A DNA stretch of 64,000 nt from an uncultured Gemmatimonadaceae bacterium (lineage in GTDB: Bacteria; Gemmatimonadota; Gemmatimonadetes; Gemmatimonadales; Gemmatimonadaceae). A program made the position numbers and the translations under genes. The notes beneath the pieces were generated by a model. The model ran no database searches. It was not told where the DNA came from and saw nothing but the letters and a program-made list of their open reading frames with translations. Below are positions 1 to 10,484 of this stretch, piece after piece (the first letter of the stretch is position 1; each line of letters opens with the position of its first letter). The stretch lies in the NCBI GenBank assembly GCA_963829055.1, contig CAWHHI010000010.1:64001-128000 (forward strand). The letters run 5' to 3'.

Positions 1-822
1 CGGCGCCGAGCCGGAGACGAACAGCCGCGCGCGCTCGCCGATGCGGTGCGCCGCGTCAGGCGGCAGCTCCAGCAGACGGATGTAGATCGTGGGCACGCCG
101 AAGAAGAGCGTCGGCTGAAACTCCTCGAAGAGCGCGGCCGCGCGCTGATGCTCGAAGCGTTCGACGAGCCGCATGCGACACCCGCTCACGAGCCACGCGC
201 ACACGCCGTTGCCGAGTCCGTGTACGTGGAAGAGCGGAAGCACGGCGAGGTAGCGGTCGTCGCTCGTGATGCGCCAGCACGTCACGAGATTCACCGCGTT
301 GGCGGCGAAGTTGTTGTGCGAGAGTGTCGCGCCCTTGGATCGCCCGGTGGTCCCTGACGTGTAGACGAGCGCCGCCGGCTCGTCGCCGTCGATCGTGAGG
401 CGGATGCGCTCCGCCGACTGCGCAGCGGCTTCGGTTGCGACGTCCTCGATGTCCACCACCGTGCTTCCGCCGAACAACCCCGTATGCTCGGCCGACGTTA
501 TGCTGAAGCTCGGAGCGGCGTCAGCGACGATGTGGCCGATCTCGCGCTCCCGGTACAGCACGTTCACCGGAACGAAGATCACGCCCATGCGCACGCAGGC
601 GAGGAAGAGATCGAGGAAGTCGACGCGGTTCGCGAGGTGCACGCACAGGCGATCACCACGCACGAGCCCACGCGCCGCGAGCGCGCGCGCCATCCGGTTC
701 GCGCGCGCGTCGATGTCGCCGAACGTCAGTGTGCGGGTGAGGCCGTCAGACGCGTCGTGCTCGAGCGCGACGGTGTCGCGCCGGCCGACGAGCGAGAGAT
801 CGAAAAGGTCGCCGAGTTGCAT
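1..822 (-). CDS. AMP-binding acyl-CoA synthetase (malonyl-CoA synthetase-like), N-terminal part, runs off window edge
   Basis: Manual translation from ATG at 822: MQLGDLFDLSLVGRRDTVALE...RGDRLCVHLANR...; adenylation motif LVYTSGTTGRSKG near 330-370. Absent from the ORF track because no stop lies in the window. Confidence 0.85.
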   Translation of the reverse strand, partial: MQLGDLFDLSLVGRRDTVALEHDASDGLTRTLTFGDIDARANRMARALAARGLVRGDRLCVHLANRVDFLDLFLACVRMGVIFVPVNVLYREREIGHIVADAAPSFSITSAEHTGLFGGSTVVDIEDVATEAAAQSAERIRLTIDGDEPAALVYTSGTTGRSKGATLSHNNFAANAVNLVTCWRITSDDRYLAVLPLFHVHGLGNGVCAWLVSGCRMRLVERFEHQRAAALFEEFQPTLFFGVPTIYIRLLELPPDAAHRIGERARLFVSGSAP

Positions 823-870
823 GCGCGCAGATGGTAGCTCGCGAATGGCCGCGGGCGCGAGGGCCGGAGC

Positions 871-1341
871 TTACGTAGGACGCAAGCGCGCCTGAGCCAG
901 GTCGTCCGGCTCGTTGGCGCGCGCGACCAGCTCGAGTGTCTTCCGCAACGAGCGTACGGCCGCACTTCCGGCATCGCGGACCAGGCGTCGCTCGAACGCG
1001 GCGTGGAACCGCCGTGCGGCCGCCAGTGCGTCGCGCCCCCGCTTGGCGAGGCGAAGGCGCTTGACGCGCGCGTCGTCGGGATCCGCCCGCCGCTCTACGT
1101 ATCCGCGATCGACCATCTCCGTCAGGATCTTGGCCGTCCCCTGATCGGTGATGCCGAGCCTGCCCGCCAGCTCACGCTGACTCAGCTCGTCGGCCGAGAG
1201 CGCGCGGAATACGTAGCCGTACGCCCCTCCGAGATCATCGAACCCCTGAGCGGCGAGCGCTGCGCGGAGCTCATCAGTGAACCCCTGATAGGCGAGGCCC
1301 AGCAGAATGCCAAGATCAATATCGGATATTTGTTCAACCAT
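871..1341 (-). CDS. MarR family transcriptional regulator
   Basis: 156 aa with winged HTH (SQRELAGRLGIT...GYVERRADPDDARVKRLRLAKRG). Confidence 0.9.
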   Translation of the reverse strand: MVEQISDIDLGILLGLAYQGFTDELRAALAAQGFDDLGGAYGYVFRALSADELSQRELAGRLGITDQGTAKILTEMVDRGYVERRADPDDARVKRLRLAKRGRDALAAARRFHAAFERRLVRDAGSAAVRSLRKTLELVARANEPDDLAQARLRPT

Positions 1342-1381
1342 GGTTGATCATCTGTGGTGAAGTATATATACTGTGCGCACC

Positions 1382-1498
1382 GTCATTCCGAGCGAGCGAC
1401 AGCGAGTCGAGGAATCCTTGGCTTCGTGGTAGAGGGCCCTCTCCTCGGTAAGCAAGGATTCCTCGACTGCGCGCCTCCGGCGCTTCGCTCGGAATGAC
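1382..1498. repeat. REP-like palindromic element, subfamily B (GTCATTCCGAGCG...CGCTCGGAATGAC)
   Basis: Terminal inverted repeats plus internal GTCGAGGAATCC/GGATTCCTCGAC pair; similar copies at 13832, 16814, 26001. Confidence 0.9.
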
Positions 1499-1536
1499 AA
1501 CCCTGCACTCCACCCCTAGCACCTAGAAGAGGATAT

Positions 1537-1911
1537 ATGCCACTGATCACCACACCGATGTCACCGGTCTTCGAGCTTCCCTTTCTCTCGGTTACCGGCC
1601 TCGCCGCACCAAGCCGCGGCGCGCAGGAAACGTGCGTATGGCGCCTCACCCTCGCGCCGGGAGCGCCCGGCACCGTCCACTCGATGGATCGCGAAGAGAT
1701 CTTCGTCGCGTTCGCGGGACGCGCCACCGTCGCCATCGACGGTCAGGAGATCGACCTCAACGCCGGCGACGCCTTCATCGTTCCCGCAGGGGAGCTGTTT
1801 TCCCTCGCGAACCCCGGCTCGGAGCCGTTCTCGGCCGTCGCGCTGGCTCCGGTCGGTGGGCGGGCAACTCTGCCGGGCGGTGAACCTTTCAGCCCGCCGT
1901 GGACGGAGTGA
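1537..1911 (+). CDS. Cupin domain protein
   Basis: HSMDREEIF and GDAFIVPAG cupin motifs; GAGGA RBS; divergent from MarR. Confidence 0.85.
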   Translation: MPLITTPMSPVFELPFLSVTGLAAPSRGAQETCVWRLTLAPGAPGTVHSMDREEIFVAFAGRATVAIDGQEIDLNAGDAFIVPAGELFSLANPGSEPFSAVALAPVGGRATLPGGEPFSPPWTE

Positions 1912-1932
1912 GTGCAACGCGCGGTGGTCGAA

Positions 1933-3081
1933 TCAGCGTGGCAAATGCACCGTGAACGCCGTGCCAGCGTCATCGGCCGATGTCACGTCGATTCGACCTC
2001 CGTGCGCCGCAACGACTCGCTCGGCGATGTAGAGACCAAGACCGAAGCTGGTCGAGCTGCTCGATGGCGTCTCGCCCGATTGGAGTCGCTTGAACGGTCG
2101 GAAGAGACCCGGGATCGATGCCGCGGGAATAGCGGGACCGTAGTTGTGCACGCGAAGCACGATCTCATCTCGCGCACCCTGGATCGTCATGACGATCGTC
2201 GTGTCCGCCGAACCGTGTTGCACCGCGTTGCCGAGCAGGTTCGCGAGCAGTTGGCCGATGCGCGCGCAGTCCCAGTTTCCGCGCAGATCGCCTGACGTGT
2301 CCAGCTGAATCACGCGGTTCGGATGCGCCGAGGACAACTCGGCGACAGCGTTGGCTGCCTCGTTCGCCAGGTTCATCTCCTCACGCACGATGGGGACGCT
2401 CGAGCCCAACCGGCTGCGTGTGAACTCCAGCAGATCCCCGACCATTCGGTTCATTCGCTTCGAGCTGCGGACGATGCCCGTCGTGAGCGTGAGCAGCGGC
2501 TCCTTCAGGTCGCCGGTATCGAGCATGAACTGCGACGACAGCGCAACGGCGCCAAGCGGCGAGCGAAGATCGTGACCAAGGATCGCCAGGAACATCTCCT
2601 TCGACTGGTCGACGTCCACCGTGTATCGCGTGATGGACTCGGCGAGCGACTGATCGATCGCTTCGTTGAAGCGCATCAGGTCATCAATGTCTGCACGGCC
2701 CAAACTTCCGTTCTCCAGCGTCCAGAGCCGGAGGACGCTCGCGCGCAACGCGCGGTATTCAGACACCATCTCGGCGACCGTGAAGCCACTCTCGGCGCGG
2801 CCAGCGCCGTGCACTTCGGCCGCTGTCTCTGTTCCGCTATCGGGGGGCTCGGCGTTTCCCTTGGACTTGTCGGCCTGTTCGAGCGGAGTCTGCGCCGTTC
2901 TGAGATCCGCGGTGATGGCTTGCAGCATCTCCAACGCGTGATCGCGAAGCGCCGCCATGTCCATCTTGCCGCCGGCCGGGCCGCAGGTTTCTGCGAACAG
3001 GGCCCATTCGACGAGAATGGGCTCGGCGTTCGTTTCTATGAAGTCGGCGAGTCGCAGAGTGTCTCCAGGGACGGCATCCAC
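1933..3081 (-). CDS. Sensor histidine kinase with RsbRD-like N-terminal domain
   Basis: H-box ILGHDLRSPL, N-box NLLGNAVQHG, G-box GLGLYIA; N-terminus RLADFIETNAEPILVEW and HGAGR...EYRALR. Confidence 0.9.
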   Translation of the reverse strand: MDAVPGDTLRLADFIETNAEPILVEWALFAETCGPAGGKMDMAALRDHALEMLQAITADLRTAQTPLEQADKSKGNAEPPDSGTETAAEVHGAGRAESGFTVAEMVSEYRALRASVLRLWTLENGSLGRADIDDLMRFNEAIDQSLAESITRYTVDVDQSKEMFLAILGHDLRSPLGAVALSSQFMLDTGDLKEPLLTLTTGIVRSSKRMNRMVGDLLEFTRSRLGSSVPIVREEMNLANEAANAVAELSSAHPNRVIQLDTSGDLRGNWDCARIGQLLANLLGNAVQHGSADTTIVMTIQGARDEIVLRVHNYGPAIPAASIPGLFRPFKRLQSGETPSSSSTSFGLGLYIAERVVAAHGGRIDVTSADDAGTAFTVHLPR

Positions 3082-3133
3082 CTGAACAGTAGCTGGCGAA
3101 CAAGTTCAGCGGCGAGACGCAGAACACAGTGAT

Positions 3134-3251
3134 TGTCATCCCGAGCGGCAGCGAAGCGGCAGCGAGGGATCTTCCGTGAAGGCATCGTAGCCGGTCTGGC
3201 CACGAGTACTTCACAGAAGGTCCCTCGTCGCTGCCGCTCCTCGGGATGACA
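3134..3251. repeat. REP-like palindromic element, subfamily A (TGTCATCCCGAG...CTCGGGATGACA)
   Basis: 12-bp terminal inverted repeat; close paralog including spacer at 10374-10479. Confidence 0.9.
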
Positions 3252-3259
3252 CAACCGGC

Positions 3260-5934
3260 TCAGTTCACGCCTAACCAGTAGCTCACCTTCACCACGAAGA
3301 AGTTGTCGCCCGGCACCTGCGTCGAGTTCCAGACATCGCGCGGGTTGATGAGCTGTCCGGTCGGTGTCCGATCCTGACGACTCTGCTGCCAGATCAGGTA
3401 ACGCCGTGCTGCCGGGCAGCCACTCCCATCGCAGCACGAGATTCGAGCGGAACGACAGCCGATTGAAGTCGAGCGCCGGAATCGTGAATGACGCCGCGCC
3501 ATCGCGTCACCGTGCTCACGCCGGCGGTGTCCTTCGTGATCGTCGTTCCCGTTCCCGGCGCACCATACGTTCGCAGCGTGCGGCTCCGCGGCGCCGGCAG
3601 CTCGCCGAAGTCGTAGAACCGTCCACTCGCCGCGAACGGCTCCGCGTAGGCCTCGACCGTGAAGTTCGGCGTGAACGCGTAGTTGAGCGCGGAACCGCGC
3701 CGACAGCGTACTGCGTTCGATGAACGCGAACACGTAGCGCCCGCCGAACGTCGCCGCGCTGCCGTCGCGCGCGCGTCATGACGTACTGGCGCCCATCCAC
3801 GGAGCGCGAGTACGTCGGATCCACGGACGCCTGCCACTGCGAGCGCGGGGCGAATCGCGATGCCCGTGCTCGCGTCCCAGCGCCAGCCGCCGAACTCGTC
3901 GTCGAAGTACTCGGTGCGCGCGTTCCACGTCGTCGGCACGTTCGGCCGGCTCGTCAGCTGCGCGGTGAGCGTGTACGCGTTCGGCGTGCCCATGAGCGGG
4001 CCGCCGCGCGTGAGGTCGTCGCTCAGCGAACGCCGGTGCAGGACGCCGCGGCCCGTGATGCGCCAGAAGTTGTGCAGCGTGAACTGGCACGTTCTCGTTG
4101 AACCGCAGGTACTGCTGGATGCCGCCGTAGTTCCAGCCGGCCTGCGTCGACGTCCCGAACTGGATAGAAGCGGACGTACTTGTTCGGCTTCGTGTCGCGG
4201 AGCTGGATGTCGGCGTTGAAGTCGATGTCGTCGCCGCTCCGCATCTGCCCGGCGTCGTTGATGTCGAACTCCGGCGACCGCGTCGACAGCTGAATGCCGC
4301 CGAGCGTGAAGCGGCCTGCGTTCTTGTCCAGCCGCAGCGACGCCGTGCCGCCGCTCAGCGACGTACGCGTCGGATCGAACGAGATGTGGTCCTGATCCGG
4401 TCGCTGGAAGTAGTGCGCACTCGCACGCTGCAAGCGCGCGATCGCGACGGAATCGCCACTCACGTGACTCCCGCCGACCCAGCCCGTGACCTCGTACATC
4501 CCTTCCATGTATCGAAGGCGCCAGTCTACGCCGCCGGTCACTGCGCTGCGTCGGCAACAGCTGCTCCAGGCCACCCCGATCGTCGAGCCAGCGTCTGACG
4601 TGCGTCAGCGACGCGCCGACGTTCGACTGGCGACTGCCGAATTCCTGCTGCAGGCGCAGCACGCCGTACGACGACGGCGGTTCGACCGCAATCCGGTCGG
4701 TGACGCCGGTCGTCGTATCGAACGTGCTTGCGTACTCGCGCGGCGTGATTGCGGCGAGTGCACCAACGGAGAGTCCCGAGGCCAGTCGACCCGTCACCTT
4801 CGCGGCCGAGATGATCGTCGTGTTCGTCGGCGCGTCCACGAAATCGCCTGACGCGAAGCCACGCGGCGACGCCCCGATGCGCCGACTGTAGAACCAGCTC
4901 GGCCGTCCGATGAAGCTCTGGCCTCGGCCCGTGAGCAGTTCGTTCCCCTCGATGAAGAATGGGCGCCGCTCCTCGAAGATCGTCTCGAACGCGGTCAGGT
5001 TCACGACGGCCGGATCGGCCTCCACCTGGCCGAAGTCCGGGTTGATCGTCGCGTCCAACGTCAGGTTCGGGCCGAGTCCGTACTTGAGATCGCCGCCGGC
5101 GCGAGCGCCGACTTTGTCGTCGAACGGGTTTTGCGGGTTGACGTTCGCGCGGTACGTGAGATCGCCGGCCACGTACGGCAGGAGCTCGAGTCGACGCGCG
5201 GGCGGAATGCCGGCAATGCCCTCGAGACGTCCGAAGTGCGACGAGAAGCCCGCGGCGGCAACGGGGATGAGCACCCACTGCAGCCGCTCGCTCTTGTCCG
5301 GGATGTTGCGCGTGAGCTCGAGTCCCCACGTCTGCTCCGCGCTCGCGTTGAAGCGAAGCTGCGAGAAGGGGATGTGCATCTCCGCCGTCCACCCCTGCTC
5401 GTCGACACGCGCCCGCGCCGTCCAGATCGGATCGTACTGCGCTTCGCGGCCCGAGTCCTCGCTGTCCTGCGAGTGGTAGGCGTCGCCGCGCACGCCGCCT
5501 GACGAGATCGAGAAGCTGTACGCCGTTCGTCGGTCGAGATACGGGTCGAGCGAGACCGTGAACACCTCGGCGTCGCTGTCGCCGTCACGCCGCGTGATGG
5601 ACGTGCGGATCGCGTTAGGATCTGGCCGTGAGAGGCGCGCGCCGACGTAGAGGCCGTGGTCGTCGTACAGCAACCGGACTTCCGTGGCGACGCTCGGCTC
5701 CGCGCCTTCGACCGGAATCTTCTGCACGAACGCGGTGATCGCCGGCGCCTGCGTCCAGGCCGGGTCGTCGAGGACACCGTCGATGCGGGGTGGAGAACCG
5801 ACGATGCGCACGGCGTTCGCCGTCCTGGTCGGAGCAGCCGGCTGAATCTGGGCCGCAAGCGAAGCGGTCGTTGCGGCGCTGAGCAGGAGCGTCGTCGCAA
5901 TGGTCCAGCGAATCGATGTCATGAAGCGTGGCAC
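3260..5934 (-). CDS. CBM9-like/DUF5916 domain outer-membrane or secreted protein (several frameshifts)
   Basis: Signal peptide; PRIDGVLDDPAW; TINPDFGQVEADP...FEERRPFFIEG...FYSRRIG; C-terminus FFVVKVSYWLGVN in ORF 3260-3733. Split over ORFs 3394-5934, 4023-4574 and 3260-3733. Confidence 0.85.
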
Positions 5935-6585
5935 CTAACGCGGTACGCGTATGGGGGTCCAGAGCTGTGGGCTCCGTTCGACCCGTTGCGCGGGGGTTCC
6001 GGACGCGGGCTCAGGCCAGCTCCACCAACCGTTCGGTCCATCGTTGTACGTGCGGAAGGCGATGCGAGGTGGCGCGGTGGTCGACGCGCCGAAGGCAGCG
6101 TCGCGAATGCGAAGCTCCACGGTCCAGCTGGAGGACGACGAGCTCGACGCGACGTCCCAGTCCTCGCCGCGACGGACGGGGCCGAGCATCGGCGGTTCCT
6201 GGCCTGGCGTGTTCCACCGACCCGATACGGCCGTGGAGACGATGCTGCTGTCGAGCGTGCGGCGAAGGTACCACTGACGGTCGCCAGGCTGCGGCGACGC
6301 GTCGGCGCTGCCGTTCGCGTCGAGGCTGACGACGAAGTCGTCGCCCCAGTAGAACGTGGAATCGGGGAGCGCGGCGGCGATGTAGACGAAGCCGTCGTGG
6401 CGCGCGAGCCAGACGCGGGCAACACCAGCGGCCGTCGTTATGCGGATCGGCTGGTCGCCATACTCCCGCTCGGCGACACGGCCATCCATGACGGGCGCCG
6501 CGCGCAGCGTCGCGGCATCGATCGTGTCCGCCGGTGCGTGCGTCGTGAGACCGCTCAGCGCGGCCAATGAAACGAGAAAATTCAT
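5935..6585 (-). CDS. Secreted hypothetical protein, CBM9/DOMON-like fold possible
   Basis: MNFLVSLAAL signal; PVMDG..EY and WTVELRI motifs; stop codon abuts next gene. Confidence 0.6.
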   Translation of the reverse strand: MNFLVSLAALSGLTTHAPADTIDAATLRAAPVMDGRVAEREYGDQPIRITTAAGVARVWLARHDGFVYIAAALPDSTFYWGDDFVVSLDANGSADASPQPGDRQWYLRRTLDSSIVSTAVSGRWNTPGQEPPMLGPVRRGEDWDVASSSSSSSWTVELRIRDAAFGASTTAPPRIAFRTYNDGPNGWWSWPEPASGTPAQRVERSPQLWTPIRVPR

Positions 6586-6860
6586 GATGGATGAATGCGG
6601 GTCGGGCCTGCGAGCGACTACGAGCATCTGTTACTCAGCGCGAATCTGCCGATTCCCCGGTGTCCGGGTCCATGACGCAGAGAAGATAGCGCGTGAATCC
6701 CGGCGGCTCGCCGTCCAGTGGGGTTTCGGAGGGGAGTCCACCCGGTACGACTCGCGCCTCATCATTGGCCCAGCACCGGGTTGGCGGGTGGATGCCGCAG
6801 GATCAAATTCACCGAGGAGCGTGTCGTGCGACCAGAGCGGTATGCCGCATTGGTCGTGAA

Positions 6861-7892
6861 TCAGCGGGTCCGCGACGCTGTGAGCCGATCGAGGAGGGCC
6901 TGTCGCTCCGCACCGTCGATGAACCGTCCGCCGAGCGTGATGGCGTCGATGCGGGCGGTGTTGCGGATATCGAGGAGCGGGTCGGCGTCGAGGATGAGCA
7001 GGTCTGCCAGCTTGCCGACCACGACGCTGCCGATTCGCTTGTCCCACCCCATGGTGCGGGCGGCGTCGAACGTCGCGGCTCGCAACGCTTCCACCGGCGT
7101 TAGGCCCGCCGCCACGAGCAGGCGCATTTCGTCGTGCATAGCGGCGCCGCTGGGCCGCGGGCCATCTGTGCCCGCAATGACGATGCCGCCCGCGTCGTGA
7201 AAGCGTCGCACGAATCGCATTGCGCCATCGCTGCTTCCCGTCACGAGCGTCGGCGCGAGCCAGACGTGGCGCTCGACCATCAGGCGCACGAGCGAGTCGC
7301 TAAAGAGCGAGTCGCTGACCAGCGAGTCGCGGAACGCGGTGTCCTGCGCGCCCTCGCTCCCGCGTAACGGCCGAATAGCGCCGGCCGACGCGATATACCA
7401 ACGATCGACGTTCGTGGAAACACGCAGGCGCGGCAGAGGTGCTTCGCGGTCGCGGGTGTCGCGTAACGCGGCGACGGCAACGTCGATCGCATGGGAGCTC
7501 ACCTCCTGCAGCGTCGTGACCCCGAACGGCACGAACGGTTCGAGTGGGTGATTGGTGCTGCCGGACGTTGTCGCGCTGTCGCCACTCCTGGCGAGATGCG
7601 AGTGGGTGTCGATCAACCCTGGGATCACGAACTTCCCGCGACCTTCGACGGTTCCGTAGCCGTCGGGGACGCGCACCTGCGAGCTCAGCCCGATGGTGGC
7701 AATGCGATCGCCTTCGACGATGATCGTCTGGTCGCGGAGGCGCGTGCCGTGCTCGACATCGATGACGGTGACGTGCGTGATCCCGATGGGGCGCGGCGCG
7801 GCAGCCCGGCCGCGGATCTCAGCGGCGTTCGTCGAGACAGCGTAGGCCGTCACGCAGACCGTCACGGCGAGTAGCGCGATCGCGGGTCGCAT
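6861..7892 (-). CDS. Secreted amidohydrolase family protein, internally shortened
   Basis: GKFVIPGLIDTHSH, IAGTD, GKLADLLILDADPL; GGAG RBS before ATG 7892. Confidence 0.85.
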   Translation of the reverse strand: MRPAIALLAVTVCVTAYAVSTNAAEIRGRAAAPRPIGITHVTVIDVEHGTRLRDQTIIVEGDRIATIGLSSQVRVPDGYGTVEGRGKFVIPGLIDTHSHLARSGDSATTSGSTNHPLEPFVPFGVTTLQEVSSHAIDVAVAALRDTRDREAPLPRLRVSTNVDRWYIASAGAIRPLRGSEGAQDTAFRDSLVSDSLFSDSLVRLMVERHVWLAPTLVTGSSDGAMRFVRRFHDAGGIVIAGTDGPRPSGAAMHDEMRLLVAAGLTPVEALRAATFDAARTMGWDKRIGSVVVGKLADLLILDADPLLDIRNTARIDAITLGGRFIDGAERQALLDRLTASRTR

Positions 7893-7936
7893 CGCTCCTC
7901 CGCTGAGCAGGTGGGACTCGCCTGACGATACTCGTA

Positions 7937-7999
7937 TCATCCCGAGGAGCGCTAGCGACCAGGGACGTTCTGTGCCCAGGCTTCCGCTCTCGGGATGAC
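7937..7999. repeat. Degenerate, inverted copy of REP-like subfamily A
   Basis: TCATCCCGAGGAGCGCTAGCGACCAGGGAC matches the reverse complement of the right arm of the 10374 copy; ends CTCGGGATGAC. Confidence 0.7.
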
Positions 8000-8106
8000 C
8001 CGTTGGCAGAACGCGGACAATTGACGACCTCCGCATTGTGGTGAAGATTCGCGGGCAGGTCACCCAGCGAAGCTGCTGCACCGGGGCGTTCCCAGGTGGA
8101 GAACCC

Positions 8107-9401
8107 ATGTCGAGCAGCGTCCTGCAGCAACCTGCGTCCGTCGCGATTCCGTCGACGCCCTTCGCGCTCGGCGCCGACCGGGCGGCTCGACGTCCTCGAC
8201 GTGCTGCGCGGCATCGCGCTGCTCGGGATGTACGTCGTCCATTTCAACGACTACGCCACGAGCGCGCTCGAAGGATCTCCCGCTGCCGCGTCGGCACCGG
8301 TGCGCGTGCTGGAATCGACTCATCTCGCTGTTCTTCGATGGCCGGTTCTACACGATGTTCGGAATGCTGTTCGGCATCGGATTCGCGCTGCAGCTGCGGC
8401 GTGCGGACGCTCGCGGCGAGCGCTTCACCGCGCGATTCGTTAGGCGCCTGGCCGCGCTCGCGGTCTTCGGCGCGATCGCCGAGGGGGTGTTCGGCTACAA
8501 CGTCCTGTTCGGCTACGCGCTCTGGGGATTGCCGCTGTTGCTGATCCGGCGGTGGCCGATTCGCGCGCTGGTGGTGCTCGCCGTTCTCTGCGCGGCGTCG
8601 CGGCCGATCTACAACGTCGGGCGGTTCGCGATTGTCGGGCGGGACCGGTTCGTCGCAGAAACCCAGGCGAAGGCAACGGCGTTCAGAGCTGCGTCTGCTC
8701 GCCGCGACACCGAGACGGAATCGCGCGACTTCAGGACCGTGGTCGCGGCGCGAGCTCGGTTCATGCCGATCTTCCACCGACAGTGGAGCGTGTTGCCCTG
8801 GGGAAGCTTCACGCTCTTCGTCGTAGGGCTGATCTGGTTCCGACTCGGTCTGTTCGACCAACCCGAGCAGCATCGCCGGCTGATCGTCGCGCTGATGGTC
8901 GCCGGGGCTGCGTCGTGGGCGATCGAAGACTGGGGCCTCCCCTTCGGCGCGCCTATCCCGCAACCGCTCCCGAAAGACATCTCCACGCTCGGCTTCCTGA
9001 CGGCGATCGCCCGTACGAATGGGCTCATGCTCTTCCGCGACGCGTGGCTCGCGTTCACGTACATCGGAGCAGTACTGCTACTGGTCGCCCACGATCGTTC
9101 GTGGCTGCGTCGACTCGCCCCGTTAGGCTGGGCCGGTCGGATGGCGCTGACCAACTACATGACGCAGGTCATCGTGCTGGACGTGCTGTTCTCGAAGTAC
9201 GGCTTCGGCCTTACGGTCACGCCATTCGTCGGGCCGCTGTGTGCGGTGACGCTGTTCGCCGCGCACGCGCTGTTCAGCCGCTGGTGGCTCACTCGCTACC
9301 GACTCGGCCCACTCGAGTGGGTGTGGCGGTCGGTCACCTACTGGAAGCTGCAGCCACAGCGTATCGCGGCCCCTGTTGCCGGTGCAGTGGCGACCGCCTG
9401 A
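8107..9401 (+). CDS. DUF418 (YeiB-like) membrane protein (frameshifts near 8170 and 8320)
   Basis: RLDVLDVLRGIALLG; GRFYTMFGMLFGIGF; GRMALTNYMTQ; GPLEWVWRSVTY. Confidence 0.9.
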
Positions 9402-9489
9402 CAGGATTTCCGTTCTGCAGGCGACACGGAGCTCCAACCGGGGATCAGGATTGCCGTGATGTCTCGAGGCGCGAGGGTAACTGCAACCC

Positions 9490-9928
9490 CAACTGCAACT
9501 GCAAGACAGGATGGCCAGGATGGCCAGGATTGGCAGGATGACGACTCTGCATTCACGCGCGCTCGCGCAACGGGCCGAGCCTGACGGAACAGCCGCTCGG
9601 GAAGCTACTCTCCCTGGGCTCTGGCCCCACAAAACGTTAGGCGGAGGAGGCGAGCGGCTAAACCCACGACGGGGCATCGGGCACGGGCTGCTGACGACAA
9701 CGGCAACTGCACGACAGGATTGACAGGATTTGCAGGATTGGACGCCTCTGCATTTACGCTTGCTGGCGCGAACGAGCCGAGGTGAGGGGAACCGCTGCTC
9801 GGGACGCCACTCTCCCCGAAGATGTGTTCCTTCATTCGTTAGGCCGCGCCGAGTCGCCGCTCGACGTCGAGGCGGTCATCGTGTCAATCCTGCAAATCCT
9901 GGCCATCCTGTCTTGCTGTTGTAGTTGC
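9490..9928. repeat. MITE-like composite element with CAGGAT-microrepeat inverted ends and internal ~150-bp duplication
   Basis: Left arm CAACTGCAACTGCAAGACAGGATGGCCAGGAT is inverted at 9887-9927; diverged direct repeats at about 9490-9645 and 9698-9848. Confidence 0.75.
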
Positions 9929-10067
9929 ACGCAGCACGCAGCCGGGCAACACCCGATCCGCCCTCGACAGGCCAACTGCCACCTCCACCTGTTGGTGAGT
10001 GGCAATAAGCACTACGATGGATGCGTTGTCGGCCACCAAAGGGTCTACGCTCCACACAGGAGGCAGC

Positions 10068-10367
10068 ATGTTGCTCATCCGCGACATCATGTACTGCAAG
10101 CCGGGGAAGGTGCGCGCGCTGGTCGAGAAATTCAGCGCCATGTCCAAGCTCAACGAGAAGCGCGGGCTGCCCAGGATGCGCATCATGACCGACGTTGCCG
10201 CCGAGCGTTACTGGACTGTCGTCTCGGAGATGGAGGTGCCGAGCATGGACAGCTTCATGTCGATGATGCAGAACCCCGACGACGCGAAGGAGTTCGAGAG
10301 CATCATGAAGGGCTATCATGATCTCGTGGACCAGGGTCGTCGGGAGATCTACAACATCGAGGCGTAG
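10068..10367 (+). CDS. Small NIPSNAP-like (dimeric alpha/beta barrel) protein
   Basis: AGGAGG RBS; MLLIRDIMYCKPGK...RIMTD...YWTVVSE...GRREIYNIE. Confidence 0.7.
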   Translation: MLLIRDIMYCKPGKVRALVEKFSAMSKLNEKRGLPRMRIMTDVAAERYWTVVSEMEVPSMDSFMSMMQNPDDAKEFESIMKGYHDLVDQGRREIYNIEA

Positions 10368-10373
10368 CTCAAT

Positions 10374-10479
10374 TGTCATCCCGAGCGCAGCGAGGGATCT
10401 TCTCGAAGGTCATCGTGGCCAGTCCCGCTACGATGACATCACGGAAGGTCCCTCGTCGCTGGCGCTCCTCGGGATGACA
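10374..10479. repeat. REP-like palindromic element, subfamily A
   Basis: TGTCATCCCGAGCGCAGCGAGGGATC...GGTCCCTCGTCGCTGGCGCTCCTCGGGATGACA, between convergent genes. Confidence 0.9.
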
Positions 10480-10484
10480 CGCCT

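Noticed and set aside
9490..9928. CRISPR array
   Set aside because: Only two diverged direct units, homologous 'spacers', an inverted third arm and no cas genes.
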